A stretch of 64,000 bases of DNA from Candidatus Latescibacterota bacterium. GTDB lineage: Bacteria; Latescibacterota; UBA2968; UBA8231. The stretch is from assembly GCA_964291625.2 (NCBI GenBank), contig OZ220089.1, positions 96,001 to 160,000 of the forward strand. The letters are read 5' to 3'. Positions 1 through 10,368 of the stretch are shown piece after piece. The stretch's first letter is position 1, and each line of letters opens with the position of its first letter. The translations under genes were made by a program, and so were the position numbers. Below the pieces are notes generated by a model. It saw only the letters and a program-made list of their open reading frames with translations. It did not search any database and had not been told where the DNA came from.

Positions 1-567
<567 letters not shown>

Positions 568-1050
568 CTAGGCCTGCCCGAACCTCTCCCGGAGGCGCCT
601 CTCCACTCCCGGCGGCACGAAGCGGCTCACGTCGCCGCCGTGCTCGGCGACCTGCTTCACCGTGGACGACCGCAGGTACATGTACTCGGCGCTGGTCATC
701 AGGTAGACGGTGTCGAACTCCTCCCAGAGGCTGCGGTTCATGAGGGCCATGGAGAACTCGGACTCGAAGTCGGTCACCGCCCGCAGGCCGCGCACGGCCT
801 GGCGGATCCCGTGGGCGCGCGCGTAGTCGACCAGGAGTCCGTCGGTGGCGTCGACCTCGACCTGGGGCCATTGGGAGGTGGCCTCGCGGATCATGGCCAG
901 GTTCTCCTCGTCGGTGAAGGTCGACCGCTTGTCGGGGTTCACGGCTAGGAGCACCACGAGGCCGTCGTACATGTCGAGGGCGCGCTCTATGATGTTCAGG
1001 TGACCCCGGGTGATGGGGTCGAAACTGCCCGGATAGACGGCTCGGCTCAT
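568..1050 (-). CDS. coaD: Phosphopantetheine adenylyltransferase
   Basis: MSRAVYPGSFDPITRGHLNII..RGLRAVTDFESE..SSTVK motifs; start trimmed to ATG at 1050. Confidence 0.96.
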   Translation of the reverse strand: MSRAVYPGSFDPITRGHLNIIERALDMYDGLVVLLAVNPDKRSTFTDEENLAMIREATSQWPQVEVDATDGLLVDYARAHGIRQAVRGLRAVTDFESEFSMALMNRSLWEEFDTVYLMTSAEYMYLRSSTVKQVAEHGGDVSRFVPPGVERRLRERFGQA

Positions 1051-1143
1051 CGTTCCTCCTCGGCGGACTCGGTGATGACGGCGCGGACATCCGACGGCCC
1101 CCACCCCCCGGCCCTGGCGTGGAGTCGGATCCGGACCATGGGG

Positions 1144-2049
1144 TCAGGCCTCCAGGGTCGAACGGTACGCGAGGCCGGCGGCGACGGCGAAGGCGCCCGG
1201 CGGATGCCCGCTGCGCTCCAGTCCGCGGGAGGCCTCCGGCCGGCGGGCCAGGCCGCTGAAGGGGTCCAGGAGGGCCACGCTGTCGGCGAGACCGGCCAGC
1301 CCCTCGGCGTGGGCGGGACCCTCCGGCCCGCTCAGCCACAAGGCGCGGGGCGGCTCTTCCCCGAGCTCTTCCTCCAGCATCTCCCTAAGGTGCCCCGCCA
1401 GGTCGTCGCCGCGGCCGTCGGCGGGCCACACCCACTCGGCCTCGTACTCCCCGGCGCGCAGCAGGACCGCCCGCGCCTGCCGGGCCTCCCCGTGGACGAT
1501 GAGGTCCACGCCCTCGGCCGCCGACGGGCGGCTGCCCTCCAGGGCGTGGCACAGGGCGAAGGAGGCCATGTCGAACCCGGGGGCGTCGACGCCGGATTCC
1601 TCGCAGAGGGTGTTCCACCGGGCGAGGAGCTCCCGGTGCGCCGCGGCCACGAAGCCGTGCCGCCGGGTCACGAGGTAGTCGACGACGTAGTCGTCCAGGT
1701 CGTCCCCCAGGAGCTGACCCGCCTCCCAGCGCAGGTGGTCCCGGCTCGGCCCCTCGGCGCCCGGCAGCACCGGGCGGCGGCGGAGGATGGTGGCCGGACC
1801 GCCCAGGGGGAGATAGGGCCGGCCCCGCGGCAGTCCGAGGTCCCGCAGCTCGCGCAGGGCCCCGGCCAGTCCGCGGCGGGCGTCCTCATCGGCCAGATCC
1901 TGCGGCAGGCGGGGCGCCTTCTCGAGGGCGGCGGCCGAGCAGTAGGTCAGGGAGAGCCGGCCCCGGCGGCGGGTCAGCCCGACGGCGTACACGGCCTCGG
2001 CCCCGAAGTGGATCCCCGTGTGGTGGGTCGTTGCGCGCCAGCCGGGCAC
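1144..2049 (-). CDS. PilM-like (actin-fold) pilus assembly protein
   Basis: N-terminal TGIHFGAEAVYAV, central LRWEA..YVVDY, LWLSG, and C-terminal FAVAAGLAYR resemble degenerate PilM motifs. Confidence 0.6.
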   Translation of the reverse strand: MPGWRATTHHTGIHFGAEAVYAVGLTRRRGRLSLTYCSAAALEKAPRLPQDLADEDARRGLAGALRELRDLGLPRGRPYLPLGGPATILRRRPVLPGAEGPSRDHLRWEAGQLLGDDLDDYVVDYLVTRRHGFVAAAHRELLARWNTLCEESGVDAPGFDMASFALCHALEGSRPSAAEGVDLIVHGEARQARAVLLRAGEYEAEWVWPADGRGDDLAGHLREMLEEELGEEPPRALWLSGPEGPAHAEGLAGLADSVALLDPFSGLARRPEASRGLERSGHPPGAFAVAAGLAYRSTLEA

Positions 2050-2060
2050 GAGAAGGGACC

Positions 2061-2438
2061 TCAGTCCGCCGTCACCAGGGGGCGGAGCCGCTCCACCGTG
2101 CGTGGCCCGATCCCCCTCACGGCGGTCAGGTCGTCGACGGCGGCGAAGGGGCCGTTGGCCTCGCGGTGGGCGATGATCGCCGCTGCCGTCTTCGGCCCGA
2201 TGTGGGGCAGGCTCTCCAACTCGGTTCGCGTGGCCTGGTTGATGGAGACGATGGGCGGCGGCAGGTGGACGACCGACTCGGGAGCCGGAGGCGGCACCTC
2301 CACCGCCTGGGGGACGACGTGGAAGTCCTCGAGACGGTCCGGGCGGTGGTGATCGACGACGGCCACCGCCGAACCGACCAGCAGGGCGCCGCTGAGGAAC
2401 AGCACCGCCACCTGCTCCTGGCGATTGAGGTGTATCAA
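2061..2438 (-). CDS. comEA: ComEA-family helix-hairpin-helix DNA-binding protein with N-terminal membrane anchor
   Basis: 3' end of the 2061..7154 ORF: hydrophobic segment then SINQATRTELESLPHIGPKTAAAIIAHREANGPFAAVDDLTAVRGIG. TTG start at 2438 is inferred. Confidence 0.85.
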   Translation of the reverse strand: MIHLNRQEQVAVLFLSGALLVGSAVAVVDHHRPDRLEDFHVVPQAVEVPPPAPESVVHLPPPIVSINQATRTELESLPHIGPKTAAAIIAHREANGPFAAVDDLTAVRGIGPRTVERLRPLVTAD

Positions 2439-2461
2439 GATAGTCCCGCTCCCATCCCCGG

Positions 2462-5400
2462 CTACCTGAAGAACAGGGTTCCCCCCACCTTGACCTCGCG
2501 CACCTTGCGGGTGCGGTGGTTTTGGGGGGTGCGGTTCTCGAGGCGGATCAGGCCGCTGCCGCGGAAGCTCTCGCTGAAGTTGTAGGTGCCGTCGAGGCGC
2601 ACCTCCCAGCGGTCGGTGGAGTCGAAGGCCTGCAGGTCCAGCTCGCCCGTGGCGTTCTCCCGGGCCTGGCTCTCCAGGGTGAGGGAGAGCTTGAGGTCGA
2701 GGTTGCTCTTGAGGGTGCCGATGAGGGGCAGCTTCCGCGGCCTCAGCTTGTAGCGGGTCTCGAGGTTGGTGGAGCGCCGCTCGTCTACGCCGCGGCCCCT
2801 CAGCGGCGGGCGCTTGCCGAGGGAGGCCTCGCTGGTGGAGAGGTCGGCCAGCTCGTAGTTGACCGATTCGTTCCGGCTGCGGCGCATCTCCAGGCGCGTC
2901 GTCGGGCCGATCCGCCACTGCCCCGTCCACGAGACGTTCCACTCCCGCTTGGTGCTCTCCTCGATCAGGTTCGCCGGCTCGAGGCTGCCCTCGGCCTGCT
3001 CGGTCCGCGCCGACTGCATGCGCACGTTGACCTGGGCGCTGTTGAGGTAGCGCCGCAGCAGCGGCACCCGGTCGGCCCTCGACCAGGCCACGGCGAGGCC
3101 GGGCCAGGTCAGCTGCCGCTCGACGCGGATCCGGTTCTGGCTGCTGCCCGAGCGCCACGACACCTGCTCCTTGAAGGTCGGCTTGACGCTGAAGCCGAGG
3201 GGCAGCCGCAGCCCGGAGCCCAGGTCGGTGTTGGCCGAGCGGTTCCAGCTGTCGGTCCGCGTCAGCCCGGCGGCGCGCTGCTCGACGAGGAGACTGTCGC
3301 CGAAGCCGAGCTGGTAGGCCAGGTCCGGACGTTCCACCAGGTTGTAGTTGCGGGCGTCGGTGTTGCGCCGCCAGGTGTAGCTGAAGGGCTCGACGTACGA
3401 CGACGAGAAGTGCAGGAACCGGCGCAGGAAGAAAGGCTGCCCGGGGCCCTCCTCCTCCTCCCCCTCCTCCGACCGGCGACGGGGTCCCGCCTGCGACCGG
3501 CGTCCCGGCGCCCCCACGGCCTTGAGCAGGGCCGGCAGACGCAGGTTGACCCGCGTGGTGAAGGTGTTCCGCGAGGTGATGTCCAGGGTCCGCACGACCC
3601 GCAGCCGGCCGTCGACGGTGTCGGTGAAGGCGGTCTGCCGGCTGCGGCGGGGATCGCTGTCCTCCTGGTAGTTGGCCTGGAAGGTGATGTTCGGGTCCAG
3701 CCAGCTCACCCAGCGCAACTGCAGCCGCAGGTCGGCCTTCTGGTTGCGGCCCACCTCGCGGCCGAAGGCCAGGGACCCGGGGTCGTACTTCTTGCGCAGG
3801 TCGCGGTGGACCTGAAGGTTGTAGTCCGAGGTCAGGGAGCGCAGGGGATTGACCTTGGTGGCGTAGATCTCCTTCAAGGTGAAGACTTCGTTGAAGGTCG
3901 TGTCGATCTGGGTCCTCTTCCAGGTCGCGCTCTCCTGGCGGTTGACGTTCACCGAGTAGCTCGCCGTGGCCGGCAGGGGCGACAGCTCCGAGTTGCGCAT
4001 CGACTTCGGCATGTATTCGGGCAGCCACCCCAGGTACTTCCACTTCGGCTTGGGCAGGGGCATCTTGTAGCGGAAGGAGCCGGTCTGCGCCTCGCGCGAG
4101 TCGACGGGGGTCACGGGCGAGAGGCGGTCGTCGATGGAGCTGGACCAGCGCAGGTTCATCTGGTCGATGGTCCAGCGCGCCGCCCAGTGCCGGCCGGCCC
4201 GCTTGCTCACCGAGACCTCGACATGGCGCTTCACCTGCTCCGAACGCATGGAGTCCTTCTCCGACGGCGTGAGCTCCACGTCGGAGTTGGGGGCGAAGCG
4301 CGGCAGGCTCTGGCTGTGGCTCAAGGTGACCTTCACGGGCACCGAGAAGCCCCAGCTCCCCGGCAGGAACTTGTCCAGGTGGGTCGTCGTCGACAGGCCG
4401 CTCCGCATGTCCGAGCTCTTGCGCCCCGTGCTGGTGATGGTGCGGTAGTTCTCCGCCCGCCAGTCGACGGAGGCGTCGACGTCCATGAAGTCGGCCAGTT
4501 GGGTGTTGATGCGGGCGTAGACGGCGGCGCCGGGATCGTTGCGGGCCTGGTCGAGGCGCAGCTCGTCGACGTACACGGCGCCGCTGAGGGAGCCGTCGGC
4601 GCCGCGGTTGCGCAGGCCCAGGCGCAGCTGCCGCACCTGCTGCATGGACGGTGTGCCGCTGACCCGGTAGACGGCCGGGGCCCCGTCGCGCACGCCGGGA
4701 TCCACGACGACGGTGTCGAGCTCGACGAGCTGCAGGCCGGTGGCGGTGTCGACGCGCCCCTCCAGCTCCCCCTTCAGCCGCGACATGAGCCGCAGGTCGA
4801 TCTCCACCTCGTTGCGTTCGTCCCAGCCGGGGAAGAGGGGGGTCACGTACTCGTAGTAGTTGAGGTCGTCGCGCCCGAAGCGGAGGAACAGCTCCAGGTT
4901 GCTGGAGTCGGGTGGCACCACGTAGGCGGCGTTCGAGTCGCCGTGGGCGAACATGCGCAGGCGGCGGTACTTGGTGTAGTCGGAGTTCCTCGTCAGGACC
5001 CGCGTGGCCGACGCCTCGTGGCCGGCCCCGAGGTTGACGAAGTCGAGGACCAGGGACTGCTCGCGCTCGCGCACGCGGGAGGTGGTGGAGCGCTCGCCCT
5101 TGACCCCCGGCGGCGGCTTGTAGCCCAGGTTCTCGTCGGTGCCGATGACGGCGACCTCGAAGAGCTCCTCCTCGGTGACGTCGAAGGCGTCCGGGTCGTA
5201 GCGGGAGACGCCATCGCCCTGCCATTCGTTGACTGCGATCTCCACGAGGGCGATGGCGACGCTGTCGGCCTCGGCCGGCCCGTTCTGCGTGGCGAAGATG
5301 AGACGGGCGTACCCGATGCGGCTCGAGTCCGGGGATCCGATGCGGCGCACGGACTCGTCGAACAGACGCAGCCGGAAGAGGCGCCAGCCGCGGCACTCGC

Positions 5401-8400
5401 CGGCGACCAGGGGCTCGCTGCAGGTGCCCGGTTCGTGGCGGTCCCGGGTCAGGTCGATCTCGTAGTGGTAGTAGTCGTTGCGCTGGTTGAGGTTGCCGTC
5501 GCCGTTGAGGTCCTCCGTGTCGGGGTGCTCGCGCACGCGCCGGTTGCCCTCGGTGCCGTTGTAGCGCGTGTAGTTGTGGCGGTCCCGCGTCGGATCGTAG
5601 TCCCAGTTGTCCCCCTCGGCGTCGCCCGGGTCGCGGCCGAGGGCGCGGATCAGGTCGCCGAAGCGGCTGCTCTTGTCGCTGAAGCTGAGCCCTTCCAGCT
5701 CCTCCGCCGTCACCTCCGTGTCCCGCGTCAGGTAGTAGTCGAGCTCCTCCTCGTCGGTGCGGCCGTCGATGCCGACGTCCTCCTCCTCGGAGAGAGTGCC
5801 GTCGCCGATGGCCCGTCCCCTCAGGGGCAGGTCCTCGGTGTCGATGCGGCCGTTGGGGATCCAGTCCTCGCTGATGTCGCCGAGATGGAGCTGCAGGGAG
5901 CCGCTTTGTCCGCGCAGCCAGATGCCGACGAACTTCGACTGGGAGAAGTCGCGCACGCCGCCGCTGAAGTCGGTCATCACCCCGCCCCAGGTCGTCACCC
6001 CCGCGCCCTCCGGGGGCGTCACCTTCAGGGTGAGGACGTCGGTCTGCTCGTTGCGCGCCTCCACCTGGTCCCGCTGGCCGGGCCAGATCGAGGTCCGCTG
6101 CACGCGGTCGTAGGGGTTGTACCAGAGCGTCGGTCCGCGGTTCTCCAGGGTCAGGCCGCCGTCGGCGGGGACGCTCGCCGGCGTCCACCGGGAATAGAAC
6201 ACGGGCAGCAGGGTGGAGTGCTCGGAGCCCTCGAAGTCGTCGATGAACGCCTTGCCCCGGGTGTTCAGGTTCGGCCGGCTCTGGGCGATCTCGGCCTGGA
6301 CGGTCACCTTCGACGCCTGGGTCGTCGTCAGCAGCGGCAGAGCGTCGACGACGCGGGTCAGCAGGGGCGCCCGGAAGGTGGCTCGCACGTCCATGTCCCA
6401 GAGCACGGTGCGGGCCGGCTCGTTGCCGACCCGCACCCGCCGGTCGCCGCTCTGGTTGTTGTAAATGAGGGTGCCGCCCACGACCCCGTCGCCGCCGAGG
6501 AACTCGTACTCGGCGCGGGTGCCGAGGAGGGTCTTCTGCTGGCGCCCGAGACCGATGAGGTCCTGGCTCTCGAAGGTGATCTCCAGGTCGGCGGCCGGAT
6601 CGGCTACCTGGTCGGCGGCGGCTCCGAGGAACTGCACCTCCCCCGTGTAGGTCACGGAGTAGTCCACGTTCTGGGTCAGCTGGCGCCCGTCGAGGCGAAC
6701 CTCCACCGACTCCACATCGATGCTGGTCAGCCTTCCCTGGGTCAGGTTGATGCGCTGCTCCGAGGAGCTGTTGATCACCTGGATGATGTAGCGGCTCGCC
6801 TCGACGTGGTCGCGGTGCTGCTCGGTGTCGTAGATCTCGGGGACCCGGTCCTCGAGGCCGTACTTCGACAGTTGCGGATCGAAGGGCCGCTGGTCGGGCA
6901 GGATCAGCACCCCCAGGTCCTCCCGGAGGCCGTCGTAGTCGGCGTCGATGATCTGGTCCGGCGGCGTGCCGGCGTCCTGCCCGTGAGTGTCGAGCCCCAT
7001 GAGCCGCAGGTAGGATCGTCCGCCCTGGGTCGACTCCGGCTCCTTGCCGGGCACCTCGCGCAGGATCTCCACCCGGATCCGCTGGCGGTCGAACTGGCGT
7101 CCGCGGGCGAAGCCCCGGACGATGCGGTACACGTTCTTCCACTCCAGGTCCCACGTGGGGAAGCCGGGCCGCGAGTCGCGCGCCTTGATCAGCTTGAGCC
7201 TCAGGGAGTCCTGGTCGGCGGCGGCGCTGCCCACCTCCCGGTCTCCGGCGCGGTAGGTCACGGCGAGGGCGTGACGATCCTGCACCGGCCGGCGCAGGGT
7301 GATGGAGCCCAGGGGGGCGTCCAGGATGTAGTCGTCGTCCGGGTCGAGGCGGTGCCAGGTGCCGACCTCGCGGTGGCCCGTCGAGTCGTTGCCGGCATCG
7401 CCCAGGTCGGCCTGGGCCCGGCCCGGGCGCGCCAGCTGCTCGGCGTCGTTGTTGACGTTGAAGTCGTTGACGTAGACCTGAAGGGTGCGCTCGTCCACCG
7501 GAACCTCGGGCCGGAAGTCGGAGGTGGAGACGGCGGCGTAGTCTTGCAGGCTCTCCTTGTAGTTGTGGTCGAGGAAGAAGAACTGGTTGCGCACGTACTC
7601 GTAGTCGCGGATCTCGGTGGTGTCGACCTGGGCGCCGCCGCGGAAGCTCTGGCGGTTGGACTCGCTCTTCTCGTGGCTGGCGATGGTCGTGAAGCCGAAG
7701 GGCCCCAGGCGCCCCTTGGCCCGGATCCCGAAGAGTCCCTTGTGCTGCTGGTTGAAGCCGACGAACCGCGTGTTGGGCAGGGAGAGGGTGGTGTTGCCCG
7801 CCTGCACCTCCTGGAAGATGTTGTCCTCGTCACCCTTGTAGTCGAGCTTGATCTGGTCGAGCTGGTCCTGCAGGTTCTGGCCGAAGGAGCTGGACAGGCC
7901 CCTGGTGTCCTGGTTGATGCGGATGTTGATCGCCTCCCCCACCTTGCCTTCCACCGAGAAGTCCGACTCCTGGTCCATGCTCAGGGCCGGGAACTTCGAC
8001 GACCCGCCCGCCAGGGTCCGGACCTCGTTGTCCGTCCAGCTGCTCTTGCCGCCGATCGAGGCGGTGTGAGAGCCGTTGATGCGCAGCGATCCCTCGTCGC
8101 CGATGAACCGCCTGACCACCGGCGGCGCCGGGATCGGCACCCTCCACTCCAGTCGCCCCCGCCGGCCCTCGCCCAGGCGCGATTCGCGGCGCATGCCCTC
8201 GCGCACCTCCTGCCGCCACTTCGTCCGGTAGAGGTGGCGGTTCCCCATCGCCAGGTAGCGCGCCAGGGGCAGGGTGATCGGCGGACCCTCGTCGAACCCG
8301 GCCGACCGCGGCTGGTAGTGGGCCCCGGTGGAGTCGATGGTCACCCGCTTGCTGGTGAAGGGGGTGCGGGACTCCACCAGGGGCGTCGCCGGCGGCCGCG

Positions 8401-8620
8401 CCCGCAGCAGCGGCGACCCGGCGCGGAAGGCGCCGTACTCCGCCGGATCGTGGAAGATCCGATGGACGGGGGCCCGGGGCGGGGGCTCGAGCCCGATCCC
8501 CGACCGGGCCGGAAGAGGGGTGAGGACAAGGGCGCCCAGGAGCGCGCACCCAAGGGCGAGGCGGAGGCCCGGGAACGCACCGGGGACCGGCCTCGGAATG
8601 GCGGAATCGGTTATGGGCAC
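2462..8620 (-). CDS. sprA: SprA-like large outer-membrane beta-barrel (type IX secretion translocon homologue)
   Basis: 2052 aa with signal-like N-terminus; motifs EVQAGNTTLSLP, GLFGI, NLEWKNVY, EIAQSRPNLNT..AFIDDFEG, WYN, PDTEDLNGDG, VYVDELRL; alternating beta-strand C-terminus ending in FFR. Confidence 0.88.
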   Translation of the reverse strand: MPITDSAIPRPVPGAFPGLRLALGCALLGALVLTPLPARSGIGLEPPPRAPVHRIFHDPAEYGAFRAGSPLLRARPPATPLVESRTPFTSKRVTIDSTGAHYQPRSAGFDEGPPITLPLARYLAMGNRHLYRTKWRQEVREGMRRESRLGEGRRGRLEWRVPIPAPPVVRRFIGDEGSLRINGSHTASIGGKSSWTDNEVRTLAGGSSKFPALSMDQESDFSVEGKVGEAINIRINQDTRGLSSSFGQNLQDQLDQIKLDYKGDEDNIFQEVQAGNTTLSLPNTRFVGFNQQHKGLFGIRAKGRLGPFGFTTIASHEKSESNRQSFRGGAQVDTTEIRDYEYVRNQFFFLDHNYKESLQDYAAVSTSDFRPEVPVDERTLQVYVNDFNVNNDAEQLARPGRAQADLGDAGNDSTGHREVGTWHRLDPDDDYILDAPLGSITLRRPVQDRHALAVTYRAGDREVGSAAADQDSLRLKLIKARDSRPGFPTWDLEWKNVYRIVRGFARGRQFDRQRIRVEILREVPGKEPESTQGGRSYLRLMGLDTHGQDAGTPPDQIIDADYDGLREDLGVLILPDQRPFDPQLSKYGLEDRVPEIYDTEQHRDHVEASRYIIQVINSSSEQRINLTQGRLTSIDVESVEVRLDGRQLTQNVDYSVTYTGEVQFLGAAADQVADPAADLEITFESQDLIGLGRQQKTLLGTRAEYEFLGGDGVVGGTLIYNNQSGDRRVRVGNEPARTVLWDMDVRATFRAPLLTRVVDALPLLTTTQASKVTVQAEIAQSRPNLNTRGKAFIDDFEGSEHSTLLPVFYSRWTPASVPADGGLTLENRGPTLWYNPYDRVQRTSIWPGQRDQVEARNEQTDVLTLKVTPPEGAGVTTWGGVMTDFSGGVRDFSQSKFVGIWLRGQSGSLQLHLGDISEDWIPNGRIDTEDLPLRGRAIGDGTLSEEEDVGIDGRTDEEELDYYLTRDTEVTAEELEGLSFSDKSSRFGDLIRALGRDPGDAEGDNWDYDPTRDRHNYTRYNGTEGNRRVREHPDTEDLNGDGNLNQRNDYYHYEIDLTRDRHEPGTCSEPLVAGECRGWRLFRLRLFDESVRRIGSPDSSRIGYARLIFATQNGPAEADSVAIALVEIAVNEWQGDGVSRYDPDAFDVTEEELFEVAVIGTDENLGYKPPPGVKGERSTTSRVREREQSLVLDFVNLGAGHEASATRVLTRNSDYTKYRRLRMFAHGDSNAAYVVPPDSSNLELFLRFGRDDLNYYEYVTPLFPGWDERNEVEIDLRLMSRLKGELEGRVDTATGLQLVELDTVVVDPGVRDGAPAVYRVSGTPSMQQVRQLRLGLRNRGADGSLSGAVYVDELRLDQARNDPGAAVYARINTQLADFMDVDASVDWRAENYRTITSTGRKSSDMRSGLSTTTHLDKFLPGSWGFSVPVKVTLSHSQSLPRFAPNSDVELTPSEKDSMRSEQVKRHVEVSVSKRAGRHWAARWTIDQMNLRWSSSIDDRLSPVTPVDSREAQTGSFRYKMPLPKPKWKYLGWLPEYMPKSMRNSELSPLPATASYSVNVNRQESATWKRTQIDTTFNEVFTLKEIYATKVNPLRSLTSDYNLQVHRDLRKKYDPGSLAFGREVGRNQKADLRLQLRWVSWLDPNITFQANYQEDSDPRRSRQTAFTDTVDGRLRVVRTLDITSRNTFTTRVNLRLPALLKAVGAPGRRSQAGPRRRSEEGEEEEGPGQPFFLRRFLHFSSSYVEPFSYTWRRNTDARNYNLVERPDLAYQLGFGDSLLVEQRAAGLTRTDSWNRSANTDLGSGLRLPLGFSVKPTFKEQVSWRSGSSQNRIRVERQLTWPGLAVAWSRADRVPLLRRYLNSAQVNVRMQSARTEQAEGSLEPANLIEESTKREWNVSWTGQWRIGPTTRLEMRRSRNESVNYELADLSTSEASLGKRPPLRGRGVDERRSTNLETRYKLRPRKLPLIGTLKSNLDLKLSLTLESQARENATGELDLQAFDSTDRWEVRLDGTYNFSESFRGSGLIRLENRTPQNHRTRKVREVKVGGTLFFR

Positions 8621-9054
8621 GGGCAGGCGGCGGGTCCCTTGCGTCCGGCGGCGGGAGTGGAGGGCCCCCGGAAGCGGGGTCGCCCGGCGGGCCGTGGCCG
8701 GGGAGGGCGAGGCGGCCTCCCGGGGAGCGCGGCCCCCTTGGGGACCTCCGGCCGGGGAGCCTGGAGGCGGGTCTGCAGGTAGGGGGACGGGACGGCGCCA
8801 TAGCCCTCTGGGAACCTACGGGAGGGGCCGGGATCCGGCAATCGGAGAACCCGCCGCTCCGGCGGACAGCGGCGCCCGCCGGAACAAGCGAAAGCCGTTC
8901 CTCCCATCCGGCCGGCGGCGCAGCGGCCGGAAGACGGCGCGGAGTGACGACCGGCGCACACACCGGCGACACCCACGGCACCCGGAGCGGCCCTCCTCCT
9001 CGGTCCGGACGGGGCCTGTCGGCGGGTCTCTAGACAGACCCATCACGGGGCTCC

Positions 9055-10368
9055 TTGGTTTCCCTCTCCCGCTATCTGCTGCTCCGGCACCTGGAGGCCT
9101 TCGCCCTCGGCTTCGGACTGATCGTCTTCGTCCTCGAGATCGATGTCATGCTGCAGCTGCTGGACCAGCTGCTGAGCAAGGGCATCGACCCGGGCGTCGC
9201 CGTGGAGCTGTTCCTCCGCAACCTCGCCTGGATCGTCGCCCTGGCGGTCCCGATGGCGGTGCTGATCTCGGTGCTCATGGTCTTCGGCCGGCTCGCCGCC
9301 GACAACGAGATCCTGGCCTGGAAGGCGGCGGGGGTGAGCTTCGGCCACCTCCTGGCCCCCGTCCTGCTCGCCGCCCTGGTGCTGACCCTGGCCATGGTGT
9401 GGTTCAACGACCGCGTCCTGCCCGACTCCAACCACCGGACCCGGGAGCTGACCACCAGCCTGCAACGGCGCAAGGCGGCCCTGGTCCTCAAGGAGAAGGA
9501 GGGCGTCTTCATCCGCGATCTCGGCCCCTACAGCCTGCGGATCGGCCGCGTCGACGGGGAGTCCAACCGCCTCCACGACATCACCCTCCTCGACGCCGGG
9601 AAGAGCGGTCCGACGACGACGCTACGGGCCGACTCGGGGAGCCTGGAGATCTTCGGCGACGGCGGATACGTACGCCTGACCCTCGAGGACGGCGAGATTC
9701 ACCGCGTCGACTCGGCCGACCCCTCCCGGGGGACCCGGGGGCGCTTCCGCCGCCAGGTGGTCCACATCCGCGACCGCGACCGGGAGCTGTCTCCCTTCCG
9801 CTCCCCCTACCGCTCCGACCGCGAGATGGATGTGGCCGCCATGCTCGCCGCCGCCGATGCGGCGCGCCTCGACAACGCCCGCGCCCGCGCCGGCATCGAC
9901 TCCACGGCCCTGGCCTTTCTGGCCCAGGCCCGTGAGGACACCGCCGATGTCACCCGGCTCCGGGACCGGGCCCGGCAGGCGGCCGCCTCGATCGGCCGGC
10001 AGTGGCGGCTGCACGACAGCCGCCAGCGGCGGGCCGACGCCTACCTCGTGGAGGTGCACAAGAAGTTCTCCATCCCCTTCGCCTGCGTCGTCTTCGTCCT
10101 CGTGGGCGCCCCTCTGGGAGCCCTCGTGAGGGCCCGCGGGGCCACCGTCTCCGCGGCGATGAGCCTGTTGTTCTTCTACGCCTACTGGATCTTCCTCATC
10201 GGCGGCGAGCGCCTCGCCGACCGCGGCTTCGTCTCCCCCGCGGCGGCCATGTGGGCGCCGAACCTGTTCTTCGGCGTGCTGGGGCTGCTGCTGGTTCGCG
10301 CCCATGTCCTCGACCGCCCCCTGCTCGGGCTGCGCGAGCGGCTGCGGCGCCCCACCGGGGTCTCGTGA
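9055..10368 (+). CDS. lptF: LPS export ABC permease LptF
   Basis: LSRYLLLRH.., GRLAADNEILAWKAAGVS, VEVHKKFSIPFACVVFVLVGAPLG, AMWAPN. Confidence 0.9.
   Translation: MVSLSRYLLLRHLEAFALGFGLIVFVLEIDVMLQLLDQLLSKGIDPGVAVELFLRNLAWIVALAVPMAVLISVLMVFGRLAADNEILAWKAAGVSFGHLLAPVLLAALVLTLAMVWFNDRVLPDSNHRTRELTTSLQRRKAALVLKEKEGVFIRDLGPYSLRIGRVDGESNRLHDITLLDAGKSGPTTTLRADSGSLEIFGDGGYVRLTLEDGEIHRVDSADPSRGTRGRFRRQVVHIRDRDRELSPFRSPYRSDREMDVAAMLAAADAARLDNARARAGIDSTALAFLAQAREDTADVTRLRDRARQAAASIGRQWRLHDSRQRRADAYLVEVHKKFSIPFACVVFVLVGAPLGALVRARGATVSAAMSLLFFYAYWIFLIGGERLADRGFVSPAAAMWAPNLFFGVLGLLLVRAHVLDRPLLGLRERLRRPTGVS

Noticed and set aside
2516-8782. 2088-aa plus-strand ORF and most of the 1697-aa minus-strand ORF (2061..7154)
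   Set aside because: Shadow frames of sprA caused by high GC. Only the last 125 codons of the 1697-aa ORF (comEA) look real.
8621-9054. Possible riboswitch or ncRNA between sprA and lptF
   Set aside because: GC-rich hairpins are present but match no motif I recognise; adequately explained as a divergent promoter region.
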